Notes: a model not told the origin generated them from the sequence alone. Positions 11,389 to 21,440 are shown, numbered from the stretch's first letter. The stretch: DNA of 64,000 nucleotides from an uncultured Candidatus Rokubacteria bacterium (GCA_963805625.1 CAWDVE010000010.1:32001-96000), one strand, 5' to 3'. A program made the numbers and translations.

Positions 11389-12896
11389 CCATAGGGAGTA
11401 TCCCTCTCAGGTTCAAAGTGGAGATCGATCCTGACCAGTGCATGCTCTGCGGACGCTGCGTTGAAAACTGTTCATATGGCGTGTTTCGTAAAGAGGGGGA
11501 CGCTATTCGTGTGAACTCCCGGAACTGTGTTGCATGTCATCGCTGTTCGGCCTTCTGCCCCAGAGATGCGATAAGCATCTACGAGAAACCCACGGATTAC
11601 CGGAGTCATCCGGTATGGACCCGTGAAATCCGTGAGGCTGTCTTCAACCAGGCAAAGACCGGGAAGATCATCCTTGCCGGGATGGGAAATGCACTCCCCT
11701 ACCCTATTATTTTCGACCGCCTCGTGCTCGATGCCTGCCAGGTCACCAACCCAAGTATTGACCCGCTCCGGGAACCGATGGAATTGCGAACGTATCTTGG
11801 CAAAAAACCCTCGTCCCTTTCCCTTAAAGAGTCAGCGGATGGCACTGTTGAACTGATAACAAAACTCTCGCCAAATCTCCAGATAGAGACACCGATCATG
11901 GTCGGGCATATGAGTTATGGTGCCATCAGCCTGAATGCACAGACTGCGATTGCCAAAGCAGTCAGCCGGATCGGCACCTTCATGGGAACCGGGGAAGGCG
12001 GGCTTCACGAATCGCTCTACCCTTACCAGAGTAATATGATAGTTCAGGTGGCCAGCGGACGGTTTGGGGTAGACATCAATTATCTCGAACGCGGTGCGGC
12101 GATAGAGATCAAAATAGGGCAGGGTGCAAAGCCGGGAATAGGAGGGCACCTGCCCGGTGAAAAAGTCTGCGCCGATGTATCCTGCACGCGGATGATCCCG
12201 GAAGGGAGTGACGCCATAAGCCCCGCTCCCCATCATGATATCTATAGTATTGAGGATCTCAAGCAGCTCGTGCGCAGCCTGAAAGAAGCTACCGAATGGA
12301 AGAAACCGGTCTTTGTGAAGATTGCGGCAGTTCACAACACTGCTGCAATTGCCGCGGGTATCGCCCGCTCATCGGCAGATGCAGTAGTGATTGATGGCTT
12401 CCGTGGCGGTACGGGTGCGGCTCCAAGGGTATTCCGGGATCATGTTGGTATACCCGTAGAAGCAGCAGTGGCAAGCGTTGATGCAAAACTCCGGCAGCAG
12501 GGAATAAGAAACCAGGTCTCAATTATCGCAAGTGGCGGGATCCGTGAAAGTGCGGATGTGGCAAAGATCATCTGCCTTGGGGCTGATGCTGTGTATATCG
12601 GTACTTCCGCCCTCGTTGCCATGGGATGCCGTGTCTGCGGTACCTGCTACCGGGGGCAGTGTGCATGGGGCATCGCCACGCAGAAACCGGAACTTACAAA
12701 GAGGCTGGATCCTGACGTAGAGTCTGTGCATGTCGAGAACCTGATCCATGGCTGGACACTTGAACTTGCCGAACTGATGGGGGCTGCCGGCATCAACAGC
12801 ATCGAGAGCCTGAGGGGAAACCGCGACCGGCTGCGTGGCTATATGCTTGACGAGGGGCTTCTGAACGTGCTTGATGTGAAGACCGTGGGGGCATGA
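11385..12896 (+). CDS. gltB: Archaeal glutamate synthase FMN subunit with 2x[4Fe-4S] ferredoxin domain (GltB2-like)
   Basis: Two CxxCxxCxxxC motifs; QVASGRFG, EIKIGQGAKPGIGGHLPG and SPAPHHDIYSIEDL motifs. Confidence 0.93.
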   Translation: MTIGSIPLRFKVEIDPDQCMLCGRCVENCSYGVFRKEGDAIRVNSRNCVACHRCSAFCPRDAISIYEKPTDYRSHPVWTREIREAVFNQAKTGKIILAGMGNALPYPIIFDRLVLDACQVTNPSIDPLREPMELRTYLGKKPSSLSLKESADGTVELITKLSPNLQIETPIMVGHMSYGAISLNAQTAIAKAVSRIGTFMGTGEGGLHESLYPYQSNMIVQVASGRFGVDINYLERGAAIEIKIGQGAKPGIGGHLPGEKVCADVSCTRMIPEGSDAISPAPHHDIYSIEDLKQLVRSLKEATEWKKPVFVKIAAVHNTAAIAAGIARSSADAVVIDGFRGGTGAAPRVFRDHVGIPVEAAVASVDAKLRQQGIRNQVSIIASGGIRESADVAKIICLGADAVYIGTSALVAMGCRVCGTCYRGQCAWGIATQKPELTKRLDPDVESVHVENLIHGWTLELAELMGAAGINSIESLRGNRDRLRGYMLDEGLLNVLDVKTVGA

Positions 12897-13642
12897 GCAT
12901 GAAAACAGTCCGTATTGATGCCAAAGATCTTCATTACACCCCCCTCAACCAGAAGATCCGGGCTGCTGTAGCTGATGGTGTAAAAGAGATCGTCATCGAC
13001 CATGTCCTTGGCCAGCGGTTTATTGCAGATGGATTGCGTGGCGATGATGTGACCATCACGGTTAATGGTGTGCCCGGTGGGGACCTTGCCATGTTTATGA
13101 GCGGCCCCACGATTATTGTTCATGGAAATGCTGACCACGCACCGGGTAACACCATGGACAAGGGAAAGGTCGTCATACACGGAAGCGCCGGTGATGCAGT
13201 CGCCCACAGCATGCGGGGTGGCAGGGTGTACGTACGCGACAACATCGGTTACCGTGGTGGTATCCATATGAAGCGGTACCGGGAGAAGCACCCTATTCTT
13301 GTAGTCGGCGGCAGTGCCCGCGCTTTCCTCGGCGAATCGATGGCAGGCGGAATCATCATTGTCCTCGGGCTCAAAGGTGTCCCTCCGGTTTCAGAACAGG
13401 GTGTGGGCAGCGGGATTCATGGGGGAGAGATCTTTGTCCGTGGCACAATTGACGATCTCTGTCTCGGAGGCGGAGCCAGACAGGCGCCGGTCACAGAAGA
13501 GCAGAAAGCTGTGATCCGCCCGATTATTGAGGATTTCGCCAAATCGTTCGGCATTGATGCAGCACCCCTGCTTGCATCGGATTACACGCGGATCGCTGCG
13601 ACAAGCGCCAGGCCGTTTGCAAACAAGTATACGTGGGAATGA
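12893..13642 (+). CDS. Glutamate synthase GXGXG beta-helix domain protein (GltB3-like)
   Basis: Repeated G-x-x-M-x-G-G-x-I motifs; overlapping stop/start with the preceding gene. Confidence 0.9.
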   Translation: MSMKTVRIDAKDLHYTPLNQKIRAAVADGVKEIVIDHVLGQRFIADGLRGDDVTITVNGVPGGDLAMFMSGPTIIVHGNADHAPGNTMDKGKVVIHGSAGDAVAHSMRGGRVYVRDNIGYRGGIHMKRYREKHPILVVGGSARAFLGESMAGGIIIVLGLKGVPPVSEQGVGSGIHGGEIFVRGTIDDLCLGGGARQAPVTEEQKAVIRPIIEDFAKSFGIDAAPLLASDYTRIAATSARPFANKYTWE

Positions 13643-13647
13643 TGGTA

Positions 13648-14670
13648 ATGGCAGAAAAAAGTTATCTCGATTTAAAACGTGAGATCTGGGATACGGGCAG
13701 GTGTTCGGGGTGCGGTGCATGTGTTGCAGTCTGCCCTGCAGATGCACTTACCTTTGACGAGGGGGAAATGGTGGTATCCCCCAAAAGTACCGGGTACTGC
13801 AAACAGGCAACAGATGGTGTAACCTGCGGGGCATGTTATGACTCCTGTCCCCGTACTGGTAACCAGCCTTCAGAAACCCTCGGGGAGTACCTGGAACTCT
13901 TCGCCGCAAAAGCAACGTTTGATGTTCCGCACCGCCAGAGTGGCGGGGCAGTCACGTCGATCCTCGCCAATGCGCTGGATGAGGGATTGATCGATGCTGT
14001 TGTCACGGTAAACGAGGATCGCTGGACGCTCAGGCCGTCATCTGTTGTAATTACGAAATCCGACGTGCTTCTGCAGCAGGCAGGCAGCAGGTACAGCTGG
14101 TGGGTACCTCTCCTGGCGGCATTGAAAAACGCCGTAGTAGAACGTAAGTTTAAGCGCATCGCTGTCGTCGGTGTTCCCTGTGCAGTACAGGCAGTCTCCC
14201 GTATACGGGCAAGTGAAAATGATCTGCTCAAACCCTACGCAAAGGCAATCCGGCTCACCATCGGCCTTTTCTGCACGGAAACATTTGACTATACCCTGCT
14301 TATCCAGGGAAAACTCCGCAGCCACTATATGCTCGAACCCCACGAGATCAGGAAACTCGATGTCAAGGGAAAACTTGAAGTCTTAAAACAGGATGGAAGC
14401 ACAACCATCGTTCCTCTTGCAGAACTGGAAACCTGTATACGAAAAGGCTGCCGTTACTGCACTGATCTGACGGCTGTACGTTCAGATATATCAGCAGGCG
14501 CAATCGGAAGTCCTGCCGGTTCAACTACGTTAATCATCCGCACCAGTACGGGAAAAGGTTTCGTTGACAGCGCCGTAAGAAACCGGAAACTTGAGGTCAG
14601 CCCGGATGTTGATACAACAGCCATCGAGAAACTGGCGGCAGCAAAAATAAAGAAAAATTCCAAAAAATAA
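13648..14670 (+). CDS. Coenzyme F420 hydrogenase/dehydrogenase beta-subunit family protein (FrhB-like)
   Basis: CSGCGACVAVCP, QSGGAVT, AGSRY, VGVPC, IGLFCTETF, GCRYCTD and DISAG motifs. Confidence 0.88.
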   Translation: MAEKSYLDLKREIWDTGRCSGCGACVAVCPADALTFDEGEMVVSPKSTGYCKQATDGVTCGACYDSCPRTGNQPSETLGEYLELFAAKATFDVPHRQSGGAVTSILANALDEGLIDAVVTVNEDRWTLRPSSVVITKSDVLLQQAGSRYSWWVPLLAALKNAVVERKFKRIAVVGVPCAVQAVSRIRASENDLLKPYAKAIRLTIGLFCTETFDYTLLIQGKLRSHYMLEPHEIRKLDVKGKLEVLKQDGSTTIVPLAELETCIRKGCRYCTDLTAVRSDISAGAIGSPAGSTTLIIRTSTGKGFVDSAVRNRKLEVSPDVDTTAIEKLAAAKIKKNSKK

Positions 14671-14709
14671 TTTTTCAGGCCGGGAAATTCATTGGGATAC
14701 TGGTTTTAA

Positions 14710-15258
14710 GGATCCCCCGACTCATGACATCTTCGAGGCATGGCGGATCAAGGAATGTTTTCAGATTTTATGTTGTTGATCCGCTGCGGGAGCACTCCGT
14801 CGGAGACGGCGGGGTCATCATAATCTGATCAGGATTACCGATTCTCATCTGGATTTTCATGAAGGTCCGAACACTTCTTTCATACAGGTTTCCCAAAAAA
14901 TTATAGTATTTTACGAGAGTCACCCGCCTCAGGGCCTCTCCGAGGCACGGCGGGTCAGGAGGTTTATTTCGGATTTTTGGTTATTGAACCGCCGCGGGGG
15001 CGTCCCTTCGGGGGCGGCGGGGTCATCATAAGTTTGATTCACAGATACCGATCCCCGTTCATCTCTGAATATTACGATTTTCATGGTTCAGGTTCGAACA
15101 CTTCTTTCATACAGGTTTCCCATAAAAATTATCAGTATTTTACGAGAGTCACCCGCCTCAGGGCCTCTCCGAGGCACGGCAGGTCAGGAGGTTTATTTCG
15201 GATTTTTGGTTATTGAACCGCCCCTGGAGCGTCCCGTCAGGGGCACCAGTCGTTCATC
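14710..15258 (+). repeat. Tandem triplet of the B-spacer-A hairpin unit (period about 210-229 bp)
   Basis: B at about 14714 (degenerate), 14922 and 15151; A at 14781 (degenerate), 14989 and 15218 (degenerate). Flanks such as GAACACTTCTTTCATACAGGTTTCCCA are also duplicated. Confidence 0.9.
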
Positions 15259-15294
15259 TTAAAACAGAAACTCAAAAAAACAAAGATCTCGGCT

Positions 15295-16662
15295 TTATTT
15301 CTCCCGCAGTATCCTTGTAAGCGGTGAGCGACGGTCGAAGAATTCCGCGATGAACGGAGCAAACTCCTCCTGCCAGCATTCTGCACCCTCATGCAGTGTC
15401 CATCCCTTTTCCAAAGACTGCCGGATGTGTTTGCCCAGACTCACCGTCAGGAGAGCATCTGAAGAAAGAAGGCTCTTTGCGGTCTGGTATTCCCTGTTGA
15501 CCTCCATTTCGTACCGCCCATCTTCAATAAAAGGTCCTGACAGGTGCTCGGCAAGGTGCTTTTTGCGGAACTTGTCGGCATTTTCCCGGTTCCAGATCGG
15601 GGGGCCATGATGCTGTCGAATTGCCGGGAGATCCCCTACGAGCAACTCAACGAGGAACATGCACTTGTCTGTCTGCATATCATAGGAAGCGTGATGGACC
15701 AGAAATCCGTTCCGTTCCAGAAATTCCCGGAGCGCAATGGCACTTCGTTTCAGCTGAGGCACAACAATCTCCGGAATGTACTGGGGTGTCGCGAAGGTGA
15801 TGGCATAAACAAATGTCCTGCGCTGTGAGATAATGGCAGCGAGCTCCTTTTTCAGGATGCAACGTTCCATCGGATGAGCAAAAAATTCATAGACCGGGTT
15901 TTCATCATATCCCCGGGCAAGCTCCACAAATCCTGCCATGCGATCGAGGGATACTGCTGCTGCAACATTGCGTTTCGGATCGACCGGGTCGATCACCACC
16001 AGGGGCTCATCAAATTTCTTTGCTGCATGTTTTTCAATATCGATAACCAGACCGGGGCGCCAGTCTGCAGCTGCCCTGATGAGAGGGGTGAATCCTCCGT
16101 AATGGAGTATTAGCAGCTCGCACAGGTAGCCTGAGAAGCCTTCCGTCATCTGGTCTGACCCGTAGATCCCACCTGCCTTGGTAAATTGTTTGAGCAGGAG
16201 GACATCATCTATTAACCCGTTGATCCGGTCGGTGATATACCGGGTATGAAACGGCGTGCGATCCACTGCGCTCTGTATGCGGGTCGCGCTGTCCACGTGA
16301 TAGCAGGGAACAAGATCTACATCCACGTCGTCGATGGTTGCATTGATATACGGATGCTCGGCATATTTTTCATGGAAACGGTCAGTAAACGCTCCTGCAA
16401 TGCTGCGAGCGAGCGACAGGCCCTCCTCTTCAAGCTGTTCGCGGGAAAGGAGCGGATCGAAAAGCATGAAAATATCGAGATCGCGGTCGCCTTTCACCCA
16501 GGTGTGCCGGGCGATGGAACCGACTACCATCGCTTCTGCCCTGCCACTCTGGGCGATTGCTGCCAGCAGGCGCTTTGCAAGACCCCAGACATGTTCCTGT
16601 TCCTGTCGGGTCGGTCGGAGATCCAGAAGAACGGTCTCTTCCAGCGGCAGCCGGGTTACCAA
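15295..16662 (-). CDS. cca: Archaeal class I CCA-adding tRNA nucleotidyltransferase
   Basis: VGSIARHTWVKGDRDLDIF, YAEHPY, SAVDRTPFHT and GFSGYLCELL motifs. Confidence 0.95.
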   Translation of the reverse strand: MVTRLPLEETVLLDLRPTRQEQEHVWGLAKRLLAAIAQSGRAEAMVVGSIARHTWVKGDRDLDIFMLFDPLLSREQLEEEGLSLARSIAGAFTDRFHEKYAEHPYINATIDDVDVDLVPCYHVDSATRIQSAVDRTPFHTRYITDRINGLIDDVLLLKQFTKAGGIYGSDQMTEGFSGYLCELLILHYGGFTPLIRAAADWRPGLVIDIEKHAAKKFDEPLVVIDPVDPKRNVAAAVSLDRMAGFVELARGYDENPVYEFFAHPMERCILKKELAAIISQRRTFVYAITFATPQYIPEIVVPQLKRSAIALREFLERNGFLVHHASYDMQTDKCMFLVELLVGDLPAIRQHHGPPIWNRENADKFRKKHLAEHLSGPFIEDGRYEMEVNREYQTAKSLLSSDALLTVSLGKHIRQSLEKGWTLHEGAECWQEEFAPFIAEFFDRRSPLTRILREK

Positions 16663-17195
16663 TTCAGCACCTCGAGGTCTTCATAGACCGGCCCCTGAGG
16701 CAGCAGCGTACTTTTCTTAAGCACCATACCATGGACTGTGCAACTGCCGTATCCTGTCCTGCTCAGGTCTTTAAGCACGGAAAAGAGTGACGGGTCCGGG
16801 GATTTTACCCGTGCGATGGTTGCATGGGGAGTAAACCTGCGGGTCTCCCGTGAAAATCCAAGTGGAGCAAGTGCATCCTCAATCAGCGTGAATACTTTCT
16901 CCCCCTCCCCCGCGTCGTCAATGGCGCACCAGACCGTATGCGGGCGCCGGGGATTATTTACGGTTACCATTCCTGCTGTGACAGGAAAGGGACTGAAGGT
17001 GATTTTTTTCAGGGCTTCAATAACTTGTGGAAGGGTCTTCTCATCGACCTCACCGAGGAACTTTGCCGTTATATGAATATTCTTCGGCTCCACAAAGGTG
17101 AGACGTGCCCGGCACCTGCGGAGCGTCTGCTGGGCCGAGGCGAGCTGGTCTTTGATCTCATCTGAAAGCTCCAGTGCAATAAATACCCTGACCAT
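16656..17195 (-). CDS. thpR: RNA 2',3'-cyclic phosphodiesterase (2H family)
   Basis: Two HxT motifs (HITAKFLG, PHATIAR); the usual archaeal neighbour of cca. Confidence 0.92.
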   Translation of the reverse strand: MVRVFIALELSDEIKDQLASAQQTLRRCRARLTFVEPKNIHITAKFLGEVDEKTLPQVIEALKKITFSPFPVTAGMVTVNNPRRPHTVWCAIDDAGEGEKVFTLIEDALAPLGFSRETRRFTPHATIARVKSPDPSLFSVLKDLSRTGYGSCTVHGMVLKKSTLLPQGPVYEDLEVLNW

Positions 17196-17324
17196 TAGGG
17201 TACTATTATTTCATACCACTACTAATGGTAATCGATTGCCGGAATGCTTGGGCTCAGGAGCATAAACCAAGTTTTTTTTACGGGCAATTCCAAATTCATA
17301 GATGACAGACCAGAGGGTGTTTTT

Positions 17325-17594
17325 GTGCCGGAAAAATTGCAGTTGATTGTGTATACACTTGAGCATTGTCCGAATTGTGACATTCTGAAAGGATTTTTAA
17401 AAAAAGGAGGGTATAAATTCATTGAACAGGACCTCTCAACTGCGGAGTCCCTTACCGAGCTGCGAATGAATGGAATCTTCGTTAATGAAGCACCGGTCTT
17501 ACAAAAAAGTTCAGATTTTTATACCTCTGCAGACATTTTTCCCCGCGGCGAGCTGGATGCAGAGAACTTATCAAGGCTTATTTCAGGTGAATGA
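17325..17594 (+). CDS. nrdH: Glutaredoxin-like NrdH redoxin
   Basis: YTLEHCPNCDILK (CxxC) and APVL motifs; abuts nrdD; GTG start inferred from GAGGGTG RBS. Confidence 0.8.
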   Translation: MPEKLQLIVYTLEHCPNCDILKGFLKKGGYKFIEQDLSTAESLTELRMNGIFVNEAPVLQKSSDFYTSADIFPRGELDAENLSRLISGE

Positions 17595-19779
17595 ATGGCG
17601 CGGCGGGAGACAAAACAACTGACATTTGACGGAATTACCGTACCTGTCCTCCCCTTCGTCCGTACATCTGACGGGCATATCATCGAATGGAACCGCGATC
17701 GTATTGTCCGCCAGATTGTTCAGGAAACAAAGCTGGTCGAGACCTTCTATGGCTATGAAGGGGCAGACGAATTGACCGCCCAGGATATTGCCCTGGAGGT
17801 TGAAAACCGCATCAAGAACATGGGTCTGAAATCACTTTCCGGTCCACTCATCCGTGAGATTGTCAACATCACACTGCTTGAGAGGGGTATGATACAGTAC
17901 CGCAATGTTTCTACCCGTGTCGGTACTCCGGTTTATGATGCACACCAGATTGATGTCGGGAGGGGATTCGAAGCACACGACAACGCAAACCTCCAGGAAA
18001 ATGCCGAGACTTCCCATAAGAAGAAAGCAGACAAGATCTCAAAGGAACAATATCTGCTCCAGCTCCCACCCGACCTTGCCGATCATCACCTGTCCGGCGA
18101 GATGCACATCCATGATCTCGAGTATTTTGGTACGCGCCCGTTCTGCCAGGACTGGGACCTGCGCTATTTCTTCTATTATGGCCTGATGCCTGACGGCAAT
18201 GGTACAAAGGCTTCGGTGGCTGGTCCTGCGAAGCGTCCGGAGGTTGCAATTCTCCATGCGGTAAAAGCACTCGGATCCGCCCAGACTAATTTTGCCGGTG
18301 GGCAGGGTTATTACAATTTCCTCACCTTCCTGGCGCCTTATATGGAGGGGATGGGGTATAACGAGATCAAACAGAACATGCAGATGTTTGTCTATGAAAT
18401 GACACAGATGATGGTAGCCCGGGGAGGTCAGCTTGTCTTCTCATCCATCCAGCTCTCACCGGGTGTACCGACTCTCTGGCAGGACAAGCCATGCATTTTT
18501 AAAGGAAAGATCTGGGACGGCAAATCAGCTCCTCTTCGCACGTATGGGGAGTTCGAGCGTGAGGTGCGATTGCTCTTCAAAGCCCTCATGGAAGTAATGC
18601 TTGAAGGAGATTACTGGGGCAAACCCTTCAACTTCCCAAAGCCCGAGATCTCTATCGAACCGGATTTCATGAATGAACGCGAAGAGTTCAACGCGAAAAA
18701 CCCTGATCTTCCAACATTCCAGGAATTATACCTGATGACCTTCGAACTCGCTTCGAAGTTCGGAACACCCTATTACGATAACCAGCTTCCCGCGTACCGC
18801 GGAGCAGGTAAAGGGATTTCCTGTTACCAGTGCTGTGCGTATCAGTTTTCCACGGTGGCAGACAAGGATTCGGATTTTGATAAGAAGATGTATTTTGAGG
18901 ATGGCAGGCACTTCTCGATGGGATCCTGGCAGGTTGTTTCCGTAAACTGCCCCCGTGCGGCATATAATGCAGAAGGAGATGATACCCGTCTTTTTGCCGA
19001 ACTCAAGGCGCTCATGGATGTCGCGGTGGATATTTTCAAGATCAAACGCCGATGGATGGACCTTATCCGGGCCAACAGCCGGATGCCATTTGCCATGCAG
19101 CGCCCCAAGGACCCGAACACCGGTGAACGTGGCGCACTTGCTGTCGATCTTGAAGGACTGGTATATACGATTGGGGTCGTCGGTGTCAATGAGATGGTGC
19201 AGCACCACACCGGTAAGCAGACTCCACGAATCAAAAGAAGCATTCAGGCTTGCCATACGTGCGATGACAGAGATGGAGTTGTATGGTCGCGAACTCTCCG
19301 CAAAGAATAACATGACCATTGCCCTTGCCCGCACGCCGGCAGAGACGACCGGGCAAAGGTTTGCGGTTGCCGATCTGCTCGATCGCCGGTATCACGATTA
19401 TGCAGTAAACGTGATCAAAGGAGACATCGAAGAAGGCCTGGAAATGCTGGGCAAGAGCCGTGATCTCCCCATATACTATACGAATGGCACCCATGTGGCA
19501 CCGGGGGCAAATGTCCCGCTCACCAAACGTATGGAAATCGAGCATGTATTCTTCCCCATTGTTGACGGGGGGAACATCTTCCATATCTGGCTGGGTGAGG
19601 CACGTCCGGATCCACGTGGACTCATGGACATGGCGATGAAGCTCTGCCGCAATACCCAGATAGGATATTTTGCTTTTACCCGGGATATTACGGTCTCGCT
19701 CCGCCAGTTCCACGAGATGCGTTCGTCAAAGAAATCCATTACCCCTTATATCCCCTCAGATTTTCCTGTCAAGGTATAA
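17595..19779 (+). CDS. nrdD: Anaerobic (class III) ribonucleoside-triphosphate reductase with ATP cone; +1 frameshift at 19221; lacks the C-terminal Zn/glycyl-radical domain
   Basis: ATP cone; HIHDLEYF, PFC, FAGGQG, FNFPKP, QCC, TPAE and YYTNGTH motifs; removing the A in AGACT gives KQLHES. Confidence 0.9.
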
Positions 19780-19996
19780 TGGGGGATTTCTGTATTTCAG
19801 AGAGGGTCGCTCAGGAAGAGGCAGTTTGCCATCACCATTTTTAATGGTAAGACGATTTTCGATTAACCGTTCCTGGATTATCTTTTTACCAGTTCTTTGA
19901 AGAGCTGTAATACTGAATGGGGTGCCTAGGGGCAGGGGCACAGGAATTCATTGTTTCCTGATATCATAGAGAAGTGGATTCTCTGATATCCTGCTT

Positions 19997-20298
19997 ATGA
20001 TGAACGCCGCCGCCCCCGAAGGGACGCCCCCGCGGCGGATCCAGTTACAAAGTTGGTAAATTTCGACAACTCTAAAAACCTCTGACCCGCCGTGCCTCGG
20101 AGAGGCCCTGAGGCGGGTGATCCTCATAAATTTTTTATGAAATTCACCGTTCAGGAATCGTTTTTTTAAACAGAGGATGATGAACACCGTTGTGTCCGGG
20201 GGACGTTTCCGCTGCTGATCATCCAGAAAAATCGGTCAATTTCTGATATATACCAGAACCGCCATGCCTTCGGAAAGACCTGTGGCGGGGACCCTCAT
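19997..20298 (-). repeat. Two B-spacer-A hairpin units, one intact and one degenerate
   Basis: A(rc) 20007-20038 and B(rc) 20085-20118; degenerate A about 20178-20220 and B about 20259-20292. Confidence 0.88.
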
Positions 20299-20391
20299 CA
20301 GGGCAGAGCGGATTTTTCATCGGTGAGGGTTCACAGGGAACATAAGATCATAAAAATGAGGAATCAGAATGGATGGCTACCCAAAAAAATA

Positions 20392-20811
20392 TTATCCGGT
20401 GCTGACTTTTTTCAGGGTGATATCCATGATACCGCGGTGAACACGATAATAACTGTGAATCCTGTCTATGGGATGATCGAGCGTGACCGATACATTCCGG
20501 TCATCAATATCCACCCTTACGCTTGTTGCCTGGATGTCAACGAGGGGAGCATTTTTTGAATCGACCGGTATCGTAACGGTAATGAAGATCCTGTCGTCAG
20601 ATTCTACGATTTCGTAAGGGATTTCTTCATCATCGCCAGGCTGACCCTGTCGGAAGATCTCCGGTTCCCCGTTCGAAGGGTTGCGGGTGATTATTGTGTA
20701 TCCAATGATTCGTGCATTGTGGCTGTCTGGCATGTTTTTGACGATGTCTTCAACGATCTTGGCGAGGTTGTTGAAAACATCGTCATAAGGACTGTTTGGA
20801 TCATTCTGCAT
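20392..20811 (-). CDS. Small heat-shock protein (Hsp20/alpha-crystallin-like)
   Basis: C-terminal beta-sandwich ending YRVHRGIMDITLKK; operon with an HSR1-like regulator. Confidence 0.75.
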   Translation of the reverse strand: MQNDPNSPYDDVFNNLAKIVEDIVKNMPDSHNARIIGYTIITRNPSNGEPEIFRQGQPGDDEEIPYEIVESDDRIFITVTIPVDSKNAPLVDIQATSVRVDIDDRNVSVTLDHPIDRIHSYYRVHRGIMDITLKKVSTG

Positions 20812-21424
20812 GTACGCCTCGGAGTGTATACAGGTCTTTTGTCCGTCCGATTATTCCTTTACGCTCGAACCGTTTCAGGATTTCACCAAGGTCCTTTTGG
20901 GGCAAATCGGTGACCTGTTCCAGTTCATCGAGAGTAAGTGAGTCATGGGAAAGTGCGATTATTACAGTAATCTCTCGATCGCTGGTGAATAAATCCTTAT
21001 GGTTTCGGGCAAGGTCATTGATTTTTATTTCGATATCATGGCTGATTTGTTCGAGATTGGAGAGAATCATATCGTGAGCTCGGATCATCTGCCCGAACAT
21101 CCTGATTGAGTTTTTTATCCGTTCAGTTTCATCGCTGGCAACTTCATCTTCTGCAGGCACAGATGTCCGCTGAAGGCTGATGTCGACGAGAATGTCATTG
21201 GCAAGATAATAGTATTTCCGCCGCCGGTCATCTGTCTGGCAGGAAAGAATTGCTTCCCGCTCCATCATCTGGAGATGATCAATAACTGCTTTTGGCGAGA
21301 TCATCAGTGTCTCTGAGATCTCGGTAACAAAACAGGGTTTCTGACGTAACAATCCGATGATCCTCCTTCGGTTCCTGTTCCCGAGGATATCGAGCAGCCG
21401 TGAAACCTCAGCAGCTTCGTCCAT
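20801..21424 (-). CDS. ArsR-family wHTH regulator, HSR1/Phr-like heat-shock repressor
   Basis: LLDILGNRNRRRIIGLL..PCFVTEISETL..SPKAVIDHL motif; coupled to hsp20. Confidence 0.8.
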   Translation of the reverse strand: MDEAAEVSRLLDILGNRNRRRIIGLLRQKPCFVTEISETLMISPKAVIDHLQMMEREAILSCQTDDRRRKYYYLANDILVDISLQRTSVPAEDEVASDETERIKNSIRMFGQMIRAHDMILSNLEQISHDIEIKINDLARNHKDLFTSDREITVIIALSHDSLTLDELEQVTDLPQKDLGEILKRFERKGIIGRTKDLYTLRGVHAE

Positions 21425-21425
21425 C

Positions 21426-21440
21426 TTTACTTAATGTTAG
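21426..21440. promoter_or_regulatory. Putative HSR1-type operator, imperfect CTAAC-N5-GTTAG
   Basis: TTTACTTAATGTTAG immediately before the regulator's start codon; 8/10 match. Confidence 0.5.

Noticed and set aside
14977-15216. Short ORFs with recurring peptides such as PPRGRPFGGG, APEGTPPRR and TRLRASPRHGG (also at 922, 1084, 19948, 31023, 49749, 50070, 53719, 59754)
   Set aside because: These are translations of the non-coding hairpins in varying frames and strands, with no conserved start or stop
14710-15258. CRISPR array (palindromic repeats with about 35-nt spacers; GTTGAAAC in the MITE end)
   Set aside because: Two different hairpins alternate, the period is about 220 bp, spacers are duplicated within a locus, copies are dispersed, and no cas genes or leader are present
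19997-20118. Box C/D sRNA reading of the unit's opposite strand (ATGATGA ... CTGA)
   Set aside because: Several intact copies have GCGATGA/GGATGA and CTGC instead, and the wobble pairs favour the other strand
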